Source: an uncultured Gemmatimonadaceae bacterium (lineage in GTDB: Bacteria; Gemmatimonadota; Gemmatimonadetes; Gemmatimonadales; Gemmatimonadaceae). From it: a DNA stretch of 64,000 bases. The notes beneath the pieces were generated by a model. The model did not search any database. It was not told the origin of the DNA and saw only the letters and a list, made by a program, of their open reading frames with translations. Where the stretch lies: positions 1,856,001 through 1,920,000 of the forward strand of contig CAVUDW010000002.1 in the NCBI GenBank assembly GCA_963740355.1, given 5' to 3'. This document shows, one piece after another, positions 29,896-38,698 of this stretch (position 1 is its first letter; every line of letters starts with the position of its first letter). A program made the translations under genes and the position numbers.

Positions 29896-32877
29896 TCAAC
29901 TCCCGAGTAGTTGAAATGCAGCCCAGGCGTCAGGAGCGCGACGTGCGGAATCGCCGGAGCGGAGCATCTCCAGCTGCGCTGACCGCAGTGCCGACGCCGG
30001 CGATGCGCCGGCGCGGAGATGCAGATGCAGAGACTGCATCAGCGCCGCCGTTTCCCGGTCGGGCACGGGCCAGCTGGCTCCAATCACATGGCGAACGCCG
30101 ATCGAGTGGAGCACGCCAGCGAGGGATTCCTGTCCGCCGAGGTCCGAGAGGAGTGCGGACCGGGTATCACAGGCCGCAAGCACGACCAGTTCCACACCGT
30201 GCAGGTCCCACTTCGACAGTGCCGCGGCCCGTAGCAACGAGTCACCGCGGGCGAATCGGATCGACAATCCGGACCGCTCCGGCGCGTCTGGGTCGAGAAT
30301 CGCGTGGCCGGCAAAGTGGACATATTTCGCGCGCTGCATCGACCGCTGAAGCGACGTCATGTCGCTCACTTGCGCGATGACGCGGGCGCGAGTGCCCCAG
30401 ATCTGCCGCAGAGAGTCGATTTCTGCGACCGCGCCAGACAACGCCCGATCGCCGGCGCGCGGCGCCGCATCGATCAGCAGGAACGCGTTCGTCGTGCCGC
30501 GCGCGACCGATTGCGTCGGCGTCGTGATGAACGCTGCGTCTACCAACTGCGGCTCGGCGTCTTCGGCCAGATAGCGACCGGTTCTGCCGTCGCGCAACGC
30601 GCTCCATGGTACCGACGCGGCCACGCCACGCGCATCGATCCGCAATCCGATTCCGTTCGCGCGTTTGGGGAGCCACGGCCGAATCAGGCCATCGTAGATC
30701 CGCACCAGCGCGGCCGAGTCTCGCGCCTCGACCAGTGACTCGAGCTGCCGCACACTAAGGCGGGAGACCATGCTCCGCACGACACCGGCCTCGGCATACC
30801 AGAGGAGCAGGGAATCGCCAAGCTGCCGGACGGCGACGGCAAGCGTACGATCGAGCGGCGTCGTCGTTGCTCGTGGCATTGCGAAGCGGCGACCGCTCAG
30901 CGCATCGAGGGCGGAGAGCGGTTCCCGGCGCGCCAGCAACAGTCGCGCTGACTCTGCGGCGGCTTCGCGTGATACCGCCGCCAGCTGTAGCCGCTCGAAG
31001 ACCGAGCCGCCGTTCCCAGCGCGCCGACGATAGTCCGAGAGCAGTGAGTCGAGCTCCAGCAACGCGAAGGTCGTGTCGCCATCCTGCGTCGCGGCGCGGG
31101 CTCGCGAGAGGCGCATCGGCAACAGGCGGGTTCGATTGCCACGCGCCTCCGTCTGGCGCACGGCCGTGTCGAGCATCGCCAGACTTCCGCGTCGATGCTG
31201 TTGCCGCGCGAGTTCGCCTCGCAGCCAGAGGACTTCTGGCGCAAAATCGTCACGTTCCGAGTCGGTTGCGGACTCCCATTGTGACACCATCCGTGCCACT
31301 GCCGCACCGGCGCCGCTGGTGTCAGGGCTCGCGAGCAACTGCTCCGCTTCCACACGGCTCGTTAGCAATGCGATGTCTGTGCGATGCAACCCTTCCGCGA
31401 CCGTGCCCAGTTCGCGCGCAAAATCAGCGGCAGCGTCGCGAAATCCGAGGCCGAGCGACAGCGTGCGCAAATAGTCGAGCGCCGTCCAGCGCCGCAGCGT
31501 GAGCGGCATCCGGCTGGTCGCAACGAGCGCGCTGCTCAGCACTGCAGCCGCCTGTTTCGTGTCGCCGAGCGTGACAAGCAGGGCACCGAGCATCGACTTG
31601 GACGCCGCCACACATTCTTCCTCCGACACGCGTTCGCACTGCGGCGCCAAGGCGGCCAGTCGCTCAGCGCCCTCTGCATGCTGTGCGAGCACGCCATAGC
31701 TGAGGGCCGTGCCCCACGCGGCACGTCGCGCCACGACTGGCGCCCGTGCCTGCTCGGCTTTCGCGAGTCGGACGAACTCCGCCCGCGCCTCGAGCGCGTG
31801 TCCTGAGAGCAACCGCAAGTTGGCATGTTCGTATCGGGTCCATCGATCGAACACCGCTTCGAATGCTGCTTCGCGTCGCGCCCGACCCAGCGCGGACTCG
31901 GCGCGGGCCCAGTCCAGGGTCTCGAGATGATGGCGATATTCTGCCAGCGAAACCAATCCTCGCGCGATCTCCAAGCGTCGCTGTGTGTTGGTATCAGCGA
32001 AGATGCGATCGCGAATTGCGCGTGGCGAGTCAACGACATCAGTATCTGCCGAACGCAGCACGATGCTGTCGATCGCCAGGCGCAGATTCAGTGCAGCCGC
32101 CGTATCCTGGCGTGCGACAGCAGCACCCCACGCCGGTAACAGTTCTCGCCAGAGATACGAGCGTGTCGCCTCTACCCATCGGCCCGATTCCGCCGCGGCT
32201 TTGCTCGACATTCGCAGCGGATCACCTTGGAGCGCGAGCGTTGGCGAAGGCGAACGAGACAGGTCGTGGTACACCTTCCACGCCGCGTCAGCCCCGTCGC
32301 GAAGACCAAGCCAGGTGAGTGCCATCGCACAGTTCCAGGCAGCTCCGGCGGAGCGTGGATCCTGGTGCAGCGCGACGCGCGCCGCATCCAGTGCGGCGAT
32401 CAAGTCGAGCGCATCCCGGCCGCGAGCGAAACGCGTGAGTAGCGCACCCGACAGGTCGGACCAGCTTGCCGATGACGTTGGGTCCAAGGCAGTCGCGGCC
32501 TGCAGGCCCAGGATCGCGCGACGAAGTGCACTGGTGTCGCTGGCTGCATACCAGAGGTCCGCCAACGCACGCGCACGCCTCACCTCCGCTTCCGGCAAGG
32601 ACGGCGCCGCGACCGCGATACCCTCCATGATGCGACCGGCGTCCGCCGCGGCTGCCGCCGATGGCATGGGCATGGCGCCGCATGGATCGTCGACAGCGCC
32701 GAGCGTCACTGTGTCGCACGATTCGGGCAGATGGCCGGCAATGGCTGCGGCGCCCTGCCATGGCAGTGTTGCCAGCGATGTGGACGTCGCTCCGCCGTCT
32801 CCACATGACGTGCCGGCGATGGCACTGATTGCAAGCCAAACCTGCCTCACGATCACACGCCGCCGCACAGTTGTCAC
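29896..32877 (-). CDS. TPR-CHAT (caspase-like) protease
   Basis: VHFAGHA (His) and VVLAACDT (Cys) dyad; ASWPVPD, ALRSAQL, WAAFQLLG; helical repeats; GTG overlaps the permease TGA. Confidence 0.85.
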   Translation of the reverse strand: MTTVRRRVIVRQVWLAISAIAGTSCGDGGATSTSLATLPWQGAAAIAGHLPESCDTVTLGAVDDPCGAMPMPSAAAAADAGRIMEGIAVAAPSLPEAEVRRARALADLWYAASDTSALRRAILGLQAATALDPTSSASWSDLSGALLTRFARGRDALDLIAALDAARVALHQDPRSAGAAWNCAMALTWLGLRDGADAAWKVYHDLSRSPSPTLALQGDPLRMSSKAAAESGRWVEATRSYLWRELLPAWGAAVARQDTAAALNLRLAIDSIVLRSADTDVVDSPRAIRDRIFADTNTQRRLEIARGLVSLAEYRHHLETLDWARAESALGRARREAAFEAVFDRWTRYEHANLRLLSGHALEARAEFVRLAKAEQARAPVVARRAAWGTALSYGVLAQHAEGAERLAALAPQCERVSEEECVAASKSMLGALLVTLGDTKQAAAVLSSALVATSRMPLTLRRWTALDYLRTLSLGLGFRDAAADFARELGTVAEGLHRTDIALLTSRVEAEQLLASPDTSGAGAAVARMVSQWESATDSERDDFAPEVLWLRGELARQQHRRGSLAMLDTAVRQTEARGNRTRLLPMRLSRARAATQDGDTTFALLELDSLLSDYRRRAGNGGSVFERLQLAAVSREAAAESARLLLARREPLSALDALSGRRFAMPRATTTPLDRTLAVAVRQLGDSLLLWYAEAGVVRSMVSRLSVRQLESLVEARDSAALVRIYDGLIRPWLPKRANGIGLRIDARGVAASVPWSALRDGRTGRYLAEDAEPQLVDAAFITTPTQSVARGTTNAFLLIDAAPRAGDRALSGAVAEIDSLRQIWGTRARVIAQVSDMTSLQRSMQRAKYVHFAGHAILDPDAPERSGLSIRFARGDSLLRAAALSKWDLHGVELVVLAACDTRSALLSDLGGQESLAGVLHSIGVRHVIGASWPVPDRETAALMQSLHLHLRAGASPASALRSAQLEMLRSGDSARRAPDAWAAFQLLGS

Positions 32878-34202
32878 GTCAGTCGCCGCGTGCGCTGCCA
32901 GAGCGCGTAGGCCACCACACCCACCACCACCGTCGCCAGCCCGAGTCCAGCGAATCCCCAACCGCTGGTCGAGAAGATGTAGAACCATCCCACCAGCGCG
33001 ATGATGCTTGGCACCGGATAGAACCACATCCGGAACGGCAGGACGAAACCCTTCCGCTGTCGCAGGATGTGCAGCGCCGCAATCTGGCCAACGAACTGGA
33101 TCAGGATCCGCGACGTCAGAAGCGCTGAAATCACATCGCCGAGCGAAAAGAAGCTGCAGAGGATCGACAACACGCCAAGCACCACCACCGCCACGTGCGG
33201 GAAGTTGCCTGTGGGATGCAGCCTGGCGAAGACCGCGAAGAAGTCGCCTTCGGCGGCTGCGGCCCACGCGATCCGGCTGTAGCCGAGCAAGAGCGCGAAG
33301 ACTGACGCCACCGCCGTCCACATCACCAACACCGTCACGGCCGACGCCGCCTTCGGACCATAGAGTCGATTCATGAAATCCGAGACGATGAAGGTGGACT
33401 TCATCGCTTCGCGCCACGGGATGACAGCGATCAGGCTCAGGTTCGTCAGGGCATACATCGTTGCGACGGCGAGCACCGACCAGATGATGGCGCGCGGAAT
33501 GACCTTGGCCGGATTCTTGATCTCGCCCGCGACGTAGCAGACATCGAAATAGCCGCTGAAGTCATACATCGCGATCAGCATCGCTGAGCCAAGCCCGCTC
33601 ACGAAGCCGAGGTTGAAGGTGAACGCGTTCGGTGGAAAGTCGAAGACGATGGCGGCATCGAAATGCGTCAGCCCGCTCACGATCACGATCGTCACCGTGA
33701 GCAGCATGCCGATCCACAACACCACCGTCAGCTTCCCGATGCTGCTGATCTTGCGGTAGAGCAGGGCAATCACCACGAGTCCGATGGCGACGCTGATGAG
33801 GCGTGCGCCCCACACGCCCATACCAGGCCAGAAATAGCCGGCGTATTGTGCGAAGCCGATGTAGCCGGACGCGATCTCGAGCGGCGCGCTGAGGATGAAT
33901 TGCCAGATGAACAAGAACGGCAGCACGCCGCCGAGTTTTGTGCTGCGGAACGCCTCGCGCAGGTATACGTAGGTGCCGCCGGTGCCTGGCATGGCCGCCG
34001 AGAGTTCGCTCCAGACCAACCCGTCACTCAAGGCGAGGACCGCGCCGAGCACCCAGCCCAGCATGCACTGCGGGCCGCCCATCGTGGCGATGATCAACGG
34101 GATCGTGATGAACGGCCCGACGCCGACCATGTTGCTCATGTTGAGCGCAATCGCCTGCACCTGTCCGAGGCTCCGCTCCAGCCCACGCGGCGACGTACTC
34201 AC
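32874..34202 (-). CDS. APC-family amino acid permease
   Basis: NMVGVGPFITIP, WSELSAAMPGTGGTYVYL, YDFSGYF, GEIKNP; multiple TM helices. Start approximate. Confidence 0.88.
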   Translation of the reverse strand: MSTSPRGLERSLGQVQAIALNMSNMVGVGPFITIPLIIATMGGPQCMLGWVLGAVLALSDGLVWSELSAAMPGTGGTYVYLREAFRSTKLGGVLPFLFIWQFILSAPLEIASGYIGFAQYAGYFWPGMGVWGARLISVAIGLVVIALLYRKISSIGKLTVVLWIGMLLTVTIVIVSGLTHFDAAIVFDFPPNAFTFNLGFVSGLGSAMLIAMYDFSGYFDVCYVAGEIKNPAKVIPRAIIWSVLAVATMYALTNLSLIAVIPWREAMKSTFIVSDFMNRLYGPKAASAVTVLVMWTAVASVFALLLGYSRIAWAAAAEGDFFAVFARLHPTGNFPHVAVVVLGVLSILCSFFSLGDVISALLTSRILIQFVGQIAALHILRQRKGFVLPFRMWFYPVPSIIALVGWFYIFSTSGWGFAGLGLATVVVGVVAYALWQRTRRLT

Positions 34203-34390
34203 TGCGGGCCCACCACGCTGCGTGCAACGCGACTGGTCGAGCCCTGCTGCTGGGTGACGTGGTGCACGGGTCGATTCCGGTGGAGGCTGCTGGATACACC
34301 TGAGTACGGTCCTGCGTACGGCCCTGAGCGGCAAAGGTACCGCTCGCGCGCGCCGGTGGGACGGGCCGCAGGGGGGCCGTGGAACCGAAG

Positions 34391-34412
34391 TACTTCAACG
34401 GTTGTAGAACTA
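34391..34412. promoter_or_regulatory. Candidate ArsR-family operator
   Basis: AT-rich imperfect palindrome TACTTCAACGGTTGTAGAACTA (14/22 self-complementary) about 50 nt upstream of the OYE-arsR pair. Confidence 0.55.
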
Positions 34413-34416
34413 CTGA

Positions 34417-35583
<1,167 letters not shown>

Positions 35584-35584
35584 C

Positions 35585-35875
35585 ATGACGACTCACGCTG
35601 CGGCGGATACGTCCGCCGAGCAACGCGCCACCGTCTTCAAGGCGCTCGGCGAACCGACGCGCCTGCGCATCGTCGACTTCCTTCGCCGGCGCGGCAAGGA
35701 AGCGACAGGCAGTGAAATCGCCGACCACGTCGGCATCAGCCTCGCCTTGCTATGCCATCACACCGATGCGCTGGTCGAAGCAGGTCTCGTCACGAAACGC
35801 AAGGAAGGCCAGACCAGCATCTGGCGCGTCAATTCGATTGCCCTCAGCGCCGCCCTGAAAAGCCTCGGCAGCTGA
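35585..35875 (+). CDS. ArsR/SmtB family transcriptional regulator
   Basis: VFKALGEPTRLRIV, EIADHVGIS, HH..L.EAGLV, RKEG; starts 1 nt after the OYE stop. Confidence 0.9.
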   Translation: MTTHAAADTSAEQRATVFKALGEPTRLRIVDFLRRRGKEATGSEIADHVGISLALLCHHTDALVEAGLVTKRKEGQTSIWRVNSIALSAALKSLGS

Positions 35876-35906
35876 CTACAAGCGGTCGGGTGCTTGCGCT
35901 CAGCAA

Positions 35907-36461
35907 CTCCGTCCCCCTTCCGCTCAGAGACTCCGTCCCCAAGTGCCAAAGACGTTCGCGGTGCGACGGACGCTGCTGCGGTCGCACTCCGTGAGCTCCG
36001 TGCGCTCCCCCTCATTGCAGTTCCTTCCCGCGCGATCGCGAGCAACCGCTGCACCGCGCACCGACGCTAACAGCAATTGGGGGGGAGGCCACGGAGCTCA
36101 CGGAGTGCTCCAGGTGCGACCTTGGCCTCTTCCCCAGCAACGGTGCTGAAGGGAACTGCTGGAGGAACTTCGTCCCCATGAACTGAAGAACTCCGTCCCC
36201 AAAGAACCAAAGACGTTCGCGGTGCGCCGGACGCTGCTGCGGTCGCACTCCGTGAGCTCCGTGCGCTCCCCCTCATTGCAGTTCCTTCCCGCGCGATCGC
36301 GAGCGGAGGCTGCACCGCGCACCGACGCTAACAGCAATTGGGGGGGAGGCCACGGAGCTCACGGAGTGCTCCGGTAGCAGTCTTGGCCTCTTCCCCAGCA
36401 ACGGTGCTGAAGGGAACTGCTGGAGGAACTTCGTCCCCTTGAGTTCTGGGAGTCCGTCCCC
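35907..36461. repeat. Tandem 261-bp palindromic (REP/BIME/MITE-like) repeat, 2 units, punctuated by paired (C/G)TYCGTCCCC boxes
   Basis: Near-identical units offset by 261 bp; each has perfect 19-bp inverted arms GCACTCCGTGAGCTCCGTG (35984-36002/36090-36108; 36245-36263/36351-36369). Confidence 0.9.
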
Positions 36462-36495
36462 AGAGCTCCCCGCCGCCACAGGCGTCGGGTGCTGT

Positions 36496-36680
36496 CCTCC
36501 GCGCCACCGCGTCCCCCGCGCCTCCGCGTGAGGGAGTGTGGACCGTCAGGCGAAAGCGCAGCGTCGCCGCGCATGCGCACGCGCCGGACGATTGCCCGAT
36601 CCACCGCCCGTGAAGTCCGTCAGTGCGGAACGCCTTCGGAGTAAAGTCTCGCGCGGAGTCGCGAACGAGAAACGCGGAGG
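36496..36680. repeat. Degenerate nested inverted repeat (CTCCGCG/CGCGGAG type)
   Basis: CCTCCGCG 36496-36503 pairs with CGCGGAGG 36673-36680; CTCCGCGTGAG 36522-36532 pairs with CTCGCGCGGAG 36648-36658. Confidence 0.55.
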
Positions 36681-36682
36681 AA

Positions 36683-37594
36683 CTACTGCAGGCTGATTCC
36701 GACCTCGAACGTCAGCGTCACGGTCACAGCCCCGCCGGCAGTGCCGGGCGCGGGTTGCAGGGTGGCGTTGATCGTGCCTTGCACGCGCGATGCCGTTTCG
36801 CTCGTGATCGTCACCGTGCCGGCGGAGAGGGCGTTGGTACCGCCCCAGGTGCCCGCGTTTGTGCCGGTGTTGATCAGGCGCAGCGTGTGCGTGGTGCCGG
36901 TGCCGAGTGTGTAGGTGCCGGGTGCCGTGTACTCGGTGAGGATCAGGCTCAGCGACTGCGCCGTGTTGGCCGCTGTGAAGGTGAGCGTACCTGACGTCGG
37001 GTTGGTGTTCGTCGTGACTGTGGCGGCGTTGAATGCAACCGTCGCAGCCGTGCCCGTGACCTTGCTCGCGGCATCAGGCGGGATCGTGATCGTCGTTGCG
37101 CCGGTGACCGGAATGCTGAACTGACCGTTCGTCACTGCACGGGTATTCGTCTGCGATTGACCCGGTAGTGGCGGTGCGTTGAAAGCGAATGATCCCGTGA
37201 TGCGCGATGTCGAGATCGTCGTGATCGTGACCGTCCCCGCAGCGCCGCTCAGTGGCGTGGCCCAGGTCGATGCGCCATTGGTGACCGTGGCACTTCCGCC
37301 TGCGACCGATGAGCCAACCCCGAGCGGATACGTGCCGGGAGTGGCGATGCCCGAAAATGTGACCGAGATCGCCGTGCCGCTCGACGTCGCAAGCCCAGCC
37401 ATCGTGAAGATCCCGCTCGACGTCGCGACTGCGGTGGGTGACAGGCTCTCCCATGGTGCCCCGTCGATGGTCGCGGTGAACTGCCGAATCACGACCGGCT
37501 CGGGCGACGTCGTCTCACTGCCACCGCCGCAGGCCGCAGCGAAGAACAGCAACGTCGCGGGCAGCACGCGGGGCAGGGCAGACCGTGGGTGCAT
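36683..37594 (-). CDS. Thr/Gly-rich beta-rich lipoprotein, paralog 1
   Basis: Lipobox AAAC; two internal domains, each with PGTYxLG...AGTVTIT...RIxGxF/I. Confidence 0.8.
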   Translation of the reverse strand: MHPRSALPRVLPATLLFFAAACGGGSETTSPEPVVIRQFTATIDGAPWESLSPTAVATSSGIFTMAGLATSSGTAISVTFSGIATPGTYPLGVGSSVAGGSATVTNGASTWATPLSGAAGTVTITTISTSRITGSFAFNAPPLPGQSQTNTRAVTNGQFSIPVTGATTITIPPDAASKVTGTAATVAFNAATVTTNTNPTSGTLTFTAANTAQSLSLILTEYTAPGTYTLGTGTTHTLRLINTGTNAGTWGGTNALSAGTVTITSETASRVQGTINATLQPAPGTAGGAVTVTLTFEVGISLQ

Positions 37595-37697
37595 CAATAC
37601 AGCCTCACAGCAACAGGTGGCTCGGTTCGGTGGCTGCTGGGAGCCTAGCGCGCCGTTCGCCCGAACGCGAGTTCCCTGTCTCCGATCTGCTGCCCCA

Positions 37698-38615
37698 TCA
37701 GGGTGTTGCGATCCCGATCTCGAATGTCACGTTGAGCGTCGTTGCGGCGGGGGCCAATGAACCGATCGGCTGGACCGTTGCCGTGAGCGTGCCCTTGATG
37801 CGTGTCGCGGTGGCGCTCGTGATGGTCAGCGTGCCGGTGGTATTGCCGTTGCTGCCACCCCACGAACCCGTCGGCGCGACCGTGTTGGTCACGCTCACCG
37901 TGCGCGATGCACCGGTGCCCAGCGTGTACGTGCCGACGCCGGTGTAGCCGGAAAGAATCACGTTCATCGTCTGCGCGCTGTTGCTTGCGCCGAAGGTGAA
38001 CGTGCCTGACGACGGCGCCGTCACCGTGACGACCGTCGCGGCGTTGAACGCCGTCCCGGCCACCGTGCCAGTCACCTTGCTGCCAGCGTAGTCGGGCACC
38101 ACCAGGGTTGCCGGCCCGCTGGTGATCGGCACATCGAACGTGCCCGCCGTGACGACACGGGTGTTCGTCACCGTCTGACCGATCAGCGGCGGTGCATTGA
38201 ACGTGAAGGTGCCCGCGACTCGCGTCGGCGAGACCGCCGTCACAGTTACCGTGCCCGCTGCGCCGCTCAACCCCGTTGACCAGATCGAACTGCCGCTGGT
38301 CACCGTCGCGGTGCCACCAGTCACCGAGGGGCCGACGCCGAGGGGATACGTCCCCGGTGCTGCGATCGAGTAGAGCGTCATCGTGATCGCTGTGCCTGAC
38401 CCCGTCTGCACGCCACCCAGGGCGAAGTTTCCGCCCGCACTGGCGCCGCCGCTCGTCACAGCCGACGACCAACTGGCGCCATCGATGCGGGCGGTGAAGG
38501 TGCCAGAGTTTCCACCGTTTCCAACCGGCCCACCACCGCCGCCGCCACACGCGGCCAGCCCGGCCAGCACGACCGCCGCAGCCAGGCGGACTGTGACTGG
38601 ATATTGAATCGCCAT
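37698..38615 (-). CDS. Thr/Gly-rich beta-rich lipoprotein, paralog 2
   Basis: Lipobox LAAC; collinear with paralog 1 (FTAxIDGAxW, PGTYPLGVG, LSGAAGTVT, FNAPPL, TFExGI); GGAGAG RBS. Confidence 0.8.
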   Translation of the reverse strand: MAIQYPVTVRLAAAVVLAGLAACGGGGGGPVGNGGNSGTFTARIDGASWSSAVTSGGASAGGNFALGGVQTGSGTAITMTLYSIAAPGTYPLGVGPSVTGGTATVTSGSSIWSTGLSGAAGTVTVTAVSPTRVAGTFTFNAPPLIGQTVTNTRVVTAGTFDVPITSGPATLVVPDYAGSKVTGTVAGTAFNAATVVTVTAPSSGTFTFGASNSAQTMNVILSGYTGVGTYTLGTGASRTVSVTNTVAPTGSWGGSNGNTTGTLTITSATATRIKGTLTATVQPIGSLAPAATTLNVTFEIGIATP

Positions 38616-38698
38616 CGCGCACTCTCCGAAAGAAGTCGCCCTACGCCTCTGCAGTGCATTGCGCAGGACGGCGATGGAAACCATCACCGATGACTCGA

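Noticed and set aside
35907..36461. CRISPR array interpretation of the box-unit-box pattern
   Set aside because: The intervening units are about 230 bp and nearly identical rather than unique 30-40-bp spacers; no cas genes are present.
35758..36604. Short ORFs across the tandem repeat (e.g. ERTELTECDR, SVSSVAS peptides)
   Set aside because: Translations of palindromic repeat DNA in several frames, with no RBS or codon bias.
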